Source: the human T2T-CHM13v2.0 reference genome, Homo sapiens
Assembly: GCF_009914755.1 (NCBI RefSeq)
Contig: NC_060939.1
Direction: 5' to 3' (one strand)
Length of the DNA: 64,000 nucleotides
Part shown: positions 55,229-64,000 of the stretch, piece by piece
How the letters are laid out: every line of letters begins with the position of its first letter
Numbering within the stretch: position 1 is the first letter of the stretch
Notes under the pieces: generated by a model
The model's input: only the letters and a program-made list of their open reading frames with translations
Databases searched by the model: none
What the model was told of the DNA's origin: nothing
Translations under genes and position numbers: made by a program

Positions 55229-55815
55229 GAATTACATTGAATCTGTAGATTGCATTGGGCACTATGGTCATTTTTAACAATATTGTTTCTTCTGATGGAT
55301 GAATATGGTTTTTTATTTTTTTCATTTGTCTTATCTATTATTTCTTTCATCCATGTTTTGTAGTTATCCCTGTAAATATCTTTCACCTCCTTGGTTAAAT
55401 GTATTCCTATCCATTGTAAATGGGATTGAGTTCTTGATTTGGTTCTCAGTTCTCAGCTATATGTATTATTGGTGTGTAGAAATGCTACTGATTTTTGTGT
55501 ACTGAGTTTCTATCCTGAAATTTTACTGAAGTAAATTATCAAATCCAGGAGTCTTTTGGAGATGTCTTTTCTAGGTATAGGATCCAATCATCAAGAGCTA
55601 AACAATGAGTACAAATGGACATATAGAGTGGAATAATAGACACTGGAGATTCTGAAAGGTAAGAGAGTTGGAGGAGGGTGAGGGATGAAATACTACCTAT
55701 TGGGTACAATGTATACTATTGCGGTGATGGTATACGAAATGCCCAGACTTCACTAAGCAATATATCCATGTAACGGAACTGCACTAGTACCCTCTAAGCT
55801 ATAACAATTTTTTTT
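55229..55815 (+). mobile_element. L1PB-like insertion with 5' inversion
   Basis: Antisense ORF2 segment (~55224-55592) joined to a sense L1PB 3'UTR (~55593-55808); TSD aaaaagaaagatag / aaaaggaaagacag (55215-55228, 55816-55829). Confidence 0.82.
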
Positions 55816-58269
55816 AAAAGGAAAGACAGATAGAAAGACAAAATCAGTAGACTAAACTTCTGTATGAAGAAACTAGGAAAAGAAAAGAAAACTAAACTTA
55901 GAACAAGTAGAAAAAAAGGAAATAAAAAATACTAGAGTAGAAATTAATAAAATTAAAAAAAACAGGAAAACAATAGAGAAATACCAAACTTTGGCCTTAA
56001 AAGGGGTTAATGAAATTGACAAACTTCAGTTAGATTGAACAAGAAAAGGGAGAGAAAATTCAAAATAATAACATTACAATAAAAGAACAGACATCTTGAC
56101 TAAATTTATAGAAATTAAAAGGATTATAAGGGCATAGTATGAACCATCATATGACAAGTTGAGTAAGTTAGATGAAATAGGTAAGTTCCTAGAATAACAC
56201 AAACTATGAAAACTGGCTTAATAAGAAATAGAAAATCTGAATAAACTTATAAGAAGGAGTTGAATGAATTTAAAACCTTTCCACACAGAAAAGCCCACAG
56301 TCAGGTGGCTTAACTGGTAAATTCTATCAAATGTTAAAATATTGATACCTCTTGTTTGCAAACTAAAATAAAAAAAAAAAGATGAGAAAAGAACACTTCA
56401 CAAATAATTTTATGAGGTCAGCATCGCCCTAATACCATGACTGGACAAATATCTCACAAAAGAAGAAACTACAGAGCAGTATCTCTTAGGGATATAGACT
56501 CAAAAACCCTAATGTGAAATATTAGCACATCAAAAACAGTAATATATATATATATATAATTTATATAAGTAAGTAATATATTCCATGAGCATGTGTGATT
56601 TATCCCACTATTGCTGAATGGTTTAACATCTGAAAATCAATGTAATAAAAAAAAATAAAACAATAAGTGACAAAAGCACATAATAATCCCAATAGACACA
56701 GAGAGAGCACTTGATAACATTTAAAGTCGTTCTATGATAAAAGCACTCAAGGAACTAGGAATAGAAAGAAACATCCTCAGCCTGAAAAAGGGCATCTTAA
56801 AAAATTGACATCTAACACTATATTCTATGGTTTAAGACTGAGTGCTTTCTACCTAAGATGAAGAACAAGTATTTCCACTCAAATCACTTTTATTCAACCT
56901 TGTAGTAGAGGTTCTACCCAGAGCTATTAAGCAAGAAAAATAAACAAAAGATATCCAGATGGAAAGAGAGAAGTTAAATTGCATCTATTCACAGATGACA
57001 TGAACTCATATATAGAAAGTCTTAAGGAATCATTATATTTTTTTCAAGGGAAAATCAACTATCAGACTGAGAAACAAGTTCATGAGGCTGCAGGATACAA
57101 GATCAATCTACAAAAATTGATTTCTATATGCTAGCAATAAATAACCCTAAGATAAAATGAAAAATATAATTCCACTTAAAATAGCATCAAAAATAATAAA
57201 ATACTTATGAATACACTTACAAGTGCATTTTACTATAAAAATTACAAAAAAACTGATGAAAATAATTGAAGACCTAAATAGATGCAATAACATCCCATGT
57301 TTATGAATCAAAAGAGAATATTCTGAAAATGGCGATGCTCCTCCAATTAATCTACACATGAAATGCAATCACTATCACAATCTCAGCTGGATTTTTTTGC
57401 AGTAATTGACTAACTGATCCTAAAATTTATATGAAAATACATCGGTCCCAGAATAGCTAAGACAATCTTGAAAAAGAAGAAAATGATGGAAGAGTCACAT
57501 TTCCCAATTTCCAAACTTACTACAAAGCTACAGTAATCAAGACTGAATCATATTGACATAAGGATAGACATGTAGATTATTGGAATAGAACTGAGAGTCC
57601 AAAAATAAACCTTTACATTTATAGCCAATTGATTTTGACAAATGATGCCAGTACAACTGGATATCTAAATACAAAATAATGAAGTTAGACATCATACCTC
57701 AAACCACATATAAAAATTAATTTAAATGGATTTACACCTAAAAATAAGAGCTAAAACTATTAAATTCTTAGAAGAAACATAAATGCAAATCTTTGTTCTC
57801 TTGGGTTAGGCAATAGTGTCTTATAAGTGACACCCAAAGCAACAAGAAACAAAGAAAGATAAATTAGACTTCATCAAAATCAAGAACTTTTGTTTTAATG
57901 GATACCAGAAAGAAAACATTTGTAAATTACATATTTGATAAAGGACTTATATCCAGAATATATAATGAATTCTTACAATAAGTATAAAAAGAACTCAACA
58001 ATAAAAGGACAAAAAGCCATTTTTTTGAATAGCCAAGGTTTTGAAGACACATTTCTTCAAAGAATGTATACAAATGGCCCATACTCTCAGGAAAAGATGC
58101 TCAGTATCTTTAGTCATCAGGGAAATACAAATCAAACCACAATAAGATACTACCATGATATAGAGAAGGCTTAACTTTGGCAACTGCCTAACTCCCACTT
58201 TCATAGTGTTTCCTTCCCCTCCTGATCCAATCCTTCATTTAGTCTACAAAATATAGTTCAGAAAGGCAA

Positions 58270-58345
58270 CAGAATTGTACAAATGCAGAGGGCACCATTT
58301 ACATTACATTCTATTGTAACAATGCTCCCTGGATTAGTGCAATGT
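58270..58345. mobile_element. MER91-like palindromic hAT MITE remnant
   Basis: cagagggcaccatttacattac...aatgctccctgga inverted-repeat core. Confidence 0.6.
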
Positions 58346-59539
58346 CTCAGTATTGCCTCCATACGTATGAAATTAGAACAATGAGAAAACCTTAATGGAT
58401 ACCATGGCATCAAATTCTGTTGACCTGATAACATCTAATTCCTCTGGAGGAGTAGATGTGCCAATGGCAGTTGCCAATTTCAACATCTGGATTGTGTTGA
58501 AGACATGGTGAGGAATCTAAAGGTCATTGGTTTCCTTTTGTCCAGGACATCATCTTTCTATGGTAATATCTAGTGATATTTTGACCATAGAACTATTGAT
58601 TAAGTTATAACTTTATTCAGGCAAATGAATAAATGTCTTTCTACATAGCTAGCCAGGAACCAGTCATTTCATAGGGTTACTTCTAGAGGTGGCTAAGCTC
58701 ATTAAGTTTGGTTCTACTACTTTCACAAACAGAACATGGCTTTTGCCTTACAATTCACCAAATATACCGATTCCTTTATTATAGCAGCTGTGGATGAAAT
58801 ATCAGCTGGAGAAGAGTTTGATCTCAGCAACTTGTAATATTAAGGTAGTAGCCATAATGATGTCAGTGAGATTCATTAGTAGAGCTTGCTTAGAGGCATT
58901 TATCTCTTGGACCCCAATCACACATGAGGGAATTTTGCTGGGAGAGTTTGGTCCATTTTATTTAATTGGATTCCCGGTGATGTGTAGCATAACTTCCCTG
59001 AAAATAAAACTATGAAAATTCACATCTCACTACTTCCCCTTCTCTAAGTTCTAGATTTTTATTGGTTTAGCATCTTCTTAGTTTTCATCAGAAATCCTGG
59101 AATTTCTTAAAATTTACAGAATACAATTACACCTTCTAAATGTATACAAAATGAATGGAGATGATGGAAAGAACTGTACTACATAAAAGCATTCCTAAGA
59201 CTTTCAGCTGACACAGGGTTGGGGCTTAGGATTCTGGGAACTTAAAAGTCCCTAGAAATTAAAGTGTTTGAAATATTAACATGTTATGTCTATGATACCT
59301 AGGTGATTTTAAATCCTCCAGTTGCAACGTGTTAATATAATCCATTAGTAAATTTCTGTTAGGACATGTGCTTTATCATTGGGAAGGCTGGCCTTTAAAT
59401 AATTCTCCACCACTCTACACTAGGCATGAGTGAATTATATTTCAGCATAGGGGATCTTTTTTAATTTAAAAGTGTTTTATGTTACTGGATGGCTGGTGAA
59501 CTTTTGAGACTTGGAGATTATCAGAATTCCAAATAGCAT

Positions 59540-60230
59540 ATCTCTCCTTTCAAATTGTTGACCTAAGGTAAGTCATTCAATCTGTTAGACTTCAGTGATC
59601 TCATCTTCAGAACAGGGTGGGGTATACATACCTCACAAGATCATTCGAGGCTTAAATAAGATAATGTATCTAATGTATGTGAAAACAACTAGCAGAGTAA
59701 CTTACACGTGAAAGGGCATAATAGAAGTTAGTTAAATATTAATAAATATTAGTTTCAAACATTCATCCAACAGTGTTGGTCAAATGTCCATGAGATATTT
59801 GATAAATAAAAATTGACTTTGGGTTGAGGAATGTAATTGATTGTTCCTGAAGGTTTTTTGAAGGACTAAGATTAATTGTTAATAGACGTATCTCACATCA
59901 GCACATAGAGAGCAAATGAAGACCTAAGTGACTAAAATATTTCAGACTTCAAATCCATTATTAGTTCTGGAGTCTGAGTTTTTCATATCCATTTTCTTTA
60001 TTACAGAATTGCAATACACAGTGGTTAGCAGCTTGAGCTCTAAAATCAGACCTCAAGGAGTCAAGTCAAGGCTCTGTCTCTTTCTAGCTGTTTGACCTTG
60101 GGCAATTTACTGTGATTCAAGGTTTGCATTGGTAGGGTAGTAGTACTAATAGAGCGATCTCCTAGGGTTGCTGTGAGGTTTAAATACATTAATTCATGTT
60201 AAGCCTGGAACATTGTAAGCTCTTGTTGAC
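59540..60230 (+). mobile_element. Two MIR elements (~59540-59750, ~60010-60230)
   Basis: tgaccttgggcaatttac; gaggcttaaataagataatgta; gggttgctgtgaggtttaaat. Confidence 0.75.
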
Positions 60231-61902
60231 TTATTGACTGCTTTTGCTTTTATTGCATGAACTTACTTAGGCCTCCTCTTGATTTAGCTATAAAAATACA
60301 GAGTAAGGTAGTAAAAAGCACTATTTTAACTTCCTAAAAGCTGTTTAGTTTGACTCTTAGAATTTTTTTGCCTTTAATCTTCTTTGATGAAGGCTTTAAA
60401 CATTATTGCAGCTTTGGAAGGCATTTTTTAAAAAACAATTATAATTTTTCATCTTTTTTTATAATTCACAAAGATTTCCAAATCTCTTGAGAAAATTTCT
60501 CACATTTTAAATCAGAAACAGGGTGGGGAAGGGAACGTGAATCTTTAACAGGTTGAGAGACAACTTTGTAAAGAACAGATTCTCTGACAATGGGAACAAA
60601 ACACCATAATAGACAACCAGAGTGTCGTCTTTCATTTTTTGACCTTTAATTGAAAGATTGAAGATAAGTAGTTCCTGTGAGACAGCAAAAGGCTGATTCA
60701 CTTACCCCATAGCCTAAAGTAAAAAAGCTTCCTGGAAGCCTTACTATATATTATGAATCACCCTCTTGTCACTCTAAGAAGTTCGTAGCTAAGTAAAATG
60801 CTAGAAATGGATTGATGGTGCTGTGACAGGCACCAGAACTGGAGGAAGAGGTGAAAGTCCTCTAGATAATACATCTGGGTCTCCCTCAGGCATTTTTTTC
60901 TGTAAAGCTGATGTTTGTGACCTGAGGCTGTCCTGTCTCACTGTATCAGGAATGATTGCTCTTTAAAATTTTTCACTGTTTTAGGGCATACCAATCTGTA
61001 CGGTAAGGTTCTGAAAAGCCAAGTACATTTTATTGTCCTTTCAATTTAAATATTCCTGTGCCTTTTGGAATTATCTGGAGGGCAGGAGCATCCAAAAATA
61101 AACCCTAAAGCACTACTGGTCTTTGTTAAGGAGGTCATTGAAAATCTCATAATAATCTAAGTCTGGAAAAGAAACGACTGAAGAGAAAAGACTGGATTCA
61201 AGGCACTGTTTGACATGTCACTTTAACAACTTACACAATCACCTATCATTTTTTTGTCACCTTTCCTCTAAGCCAATGGAACTTATGTGTCTCTTTGTAC
61301 AGTATTCAACTATAATTTAGCCATATTTGTTGCTAGTCCTTTACAGATTTTAAAGCTTTCATGAAAAAGGCCTACTTAAATGTGGCATAGTTGATAGACA
61401 CCTCATCATGCAAATTAAGGGATCATTTGTTCCCTCCCCCAGATTTTCCTAGAATATTCTGGACTCATATAATATGCAAGGCATTATGATAAATGCCTTA
61501 TACTGAGTGATACAGGAATTAAGGAGTGCATCTAGGTGATCAAAGATAATCAAAGATGTATGCAAATTATATAATAAAAAGCAGCATAAGGTTGGTACAA
61601 TGTGAAGGTGCAAAAAATTTCAGTGGGGTCTACTTAAGGGACAGTTCAATTGTTGTGGAGAATTCTAGAAAGCTTCCTGGATCTTGAATGCTATCAGAGA
61701 ACTGGAAGAGATAAGGACAAAGAGAGAAAGAAAGAGAATCCTAGGTCTATGGATCTTAAGATGACATTATATAGAGGAAGGAAAATCCAATCTGGTTTTT
61801 GGAAGTGTGAGCAACCCCATACGGCTTAAAGGTGGAATAAGAGAACTGAAGTAGGCAATAACTTTAGAGAAAAGGGTTAAGTAAGGGCAATGGTGCTGTA
61901 TC

Positions 61903-62345
61903 TGTGAAAAAAAAAAATACATCTTGGGGCCCAAGAATCACTAAGCTAAAGGGAAGAGTCAAGCTGGGAACTTCTTAGGGCAAACCTGCCTCCCATTCTA
62001 TTCAGTCATTCCTCTACTCCCTAAGATAAATGCATATGTGATTGCCTCATTTGGAAAGGCTAATCAGAAACTCAAAAGAATGCAACCATTTTTCTCTCAC
62101 CTACTTGTGAGCTGGAAGCCACCTCCCTGTTTCCAGTTTCTTTCTGGAAGTACCAATGTACATCTTACATATATTGATTAATGTCTCTTGTCTCCCTAAA
62201 CTGTATAAAACCAAGCTGTGCCCGACCACCTAGGGCACATGTCATCATGACTTCCTGAGGCCATGCCATGGGTGCATGTCCTTAACTTTGGCAAAATAAA
62301 CTTCCTAAATTGACCCTGACCTGTCTCAGATACTTGGGGTTCACA
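61903..62345 (+). mobile_element. MER4A1-like ERV1 solo LTR
   Basis: TG...CA termini; tcactaagctaaagggaa; TATA-like tgtataaaacc (~62202); aaaataaac poly(A) signal (~62293); 4-bp TSD tatc/tatt. Confidence 0.85.
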
Positions 62346-62588
62346 TATTTAATATTAAACATGCTATTCAGCCATATTTAGCCATATGAACCATACAAGA
62401 CAGGTGACATGTTGTAATAAAAATTGCTTGGGTTATGTTATTAGATAGATATAATGGGTCTAATGTGGAAGACTAAATAGTCCCGCTACTTACTACTCAC
62501 TGATTCCCAATACTTTCACGATGTTAATCAATTTACTTAATCTCTGAGCCTCAGTTATCTCAGTTATAAAATGAGAATCATGCCTCAT

Positions 62589-63386
62589 TGAAATGAGAAA
62601 GTTCCCTGACCCCCACTCACAGGATGTGTGACAGGGGTGTAGCTCATCTCTTTGGCTGACATGTGCACTCAAACCCCTTACGGGAGGGGTAACACACAAA
62701 CAGGCAGGTGCAGAAGCTGGGGCAAGCATCCGCGGGATCCGCCATCATGGCAGCCTCCAGGGATGGGAGTCTGTGACTCCCGAAGCCCAAGTTGGCATAT
62801 GTTACAGTGTGCTCTATTAGCCTTGCTGTCCATGGACAGCTTAAGTGTTAACCAGCTCGGTGCACTCTTGGTACCCAGCTCCTTGTCTGGCGACCAGGAA
62901 GAATCAGTTAGCACACGGACGTAAAGGATGAATGCGGGGGTTTTACTGAGTGGTGGAGGTGACTCTCAGTGCGGGGGGCGGGGATGGATTGCTCTCAGGG
63001 GGAGCTGGAAGGGAAATGGAGTAGGAAGATGATCTTCCCCTGGAGTTTGGCCATCCATTGGCCAATCTCTCCAGCCATCCCCAGTTGAACACTTCTTGGC
63101 GTACAGACACTCCTCTTCTCTCTGCTCCACTGTTCTGCTCTTCTTCTGCTCTTCTGTTAGTCCTATCGTCTTCTTGTCTGCTTGTCTGCTCGTGGAGCCT
63201 GGGGTTGGGGTTTATATGGGTACAGGATGGAGGGACATGGCGGGCCAAAAGGCAACTTTTGGGCGTGAAAACAGAAATGCCTGTTCTCATTTAGGGTCAT
63301 GGGTTTCCCAGCTTGAGGGTGGGCCTTTGCCAGGGAACCACCCTCTTCAACCCAGTATTTTCCTGTTTTGTTTCCTGTCCCTATCA
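62589..63386 (-). mobile_element. LTR1/LTR27-group ERV1 solo LTR inserted into a MIR
   Basis: TG...CA termini, perfect TSD tcat (62585-62588, 63387-63390); minus strand starts tgatagggacagg...atactgggttgaagaggg; TATAAA on the minus strand at 63211-63216; MIR sequence continues on both sides. Confidence 0.82.
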
Positions 63387-63539
63387 TCATTTTAACAGTT
63401 GCCTAAGGTTTACAGGTAATATATAGGAAATACATGAAATATGGTTGGCAATATTTAGGCATATGTCAAGTATGATTAATAACAATAAGCATTCACACTA
63501 GAGCTTGTTATTTTATAGAAATGTATCAAGTTGTTGTTT

Positions 63540-64000
63540 TCTGTATAATTATTATGCTCATCAGAATTTCAGCTCCTTCAGGACATAGACTTTTATTATA
63601 TTTACTGCTATATCCTTAGTGATGAGAACATTTTCTGGAGTATAACAGTTGATTGCTCAATATTTGTTAAATTAATGAATGACTAATAACCATACTCAAT
63701 TTATTAGGAGTGATTATATTCATCACTGTCAAAATAAAACTTTAGGAAGACTAAACTGGAAGTTCTATGTAGGAAGGATTAAAGGGAGAAGTAGTAGGGA
63801 CCTTTATCAGGATACTGTCAGAGGAACCTAGATGAGAATGAATGTATGATTGTTCTAAAAACAGATAGAATTAAGGGGAAATATTCAAGAGACATTATGG
63901 TGGATGAATGAAATGCTGGAATTTAGCAAATGATCATATAAAGTTGGGATGAGGAGGGGGCCGTAAAGGGATAGGCTGTCTTGATGTCAATGAAGGAGTC
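63540..64000. mobile_element. L2 remnants
   Basis: L2 tail ctcaatatttgttaaattaatgaatga (~63660-63683) and antisense L2 body to the window end. Confidence 0.6.

Overview
Primate (human/great-ape-type) nuclear DNA, AT-rich and dominated by transposable elements. I found no intact host protein-coding gene, RNA gene or CRISPR array. Every long ORF in the track maps to a retroelement, a low-complexity tract or has no recognisable homology. Main contents: a 5'-truncated L1PA3-like copy with a broken ORF2 (124-2834); a near full-length minus-strand L1MA that keeps its 5'UTR and carries a complete THE1D-like MaLR (10.3-17.3 kb); a repeat-poorer MIR/L2-age block (about 17.8-35 kb) with enhancer-like motif clusters; and an ancient L1 (49.1-58.2 kb) hosting six later insertions. 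Solo LTRs include MLT1A0, MSTC/D, THE1C, MER11, MER4A1 and LTR1-like copies. The most notable observation is a heavily decayed RTE-clade reverse transcriptase fossil at about 28330-28885, which the ORF track does not show. Others are an AluY that seems to have deleted about 30 bp of its target, an L1PB 5' inversion with an ~1.3 kb gap, and a duplicated/inverted Tigger3a end inside a palindromic purine-pyrimidine tract. Subfamily names come from recalled consensus sequences, not from a search. I cannot support a wholly new biological system here.
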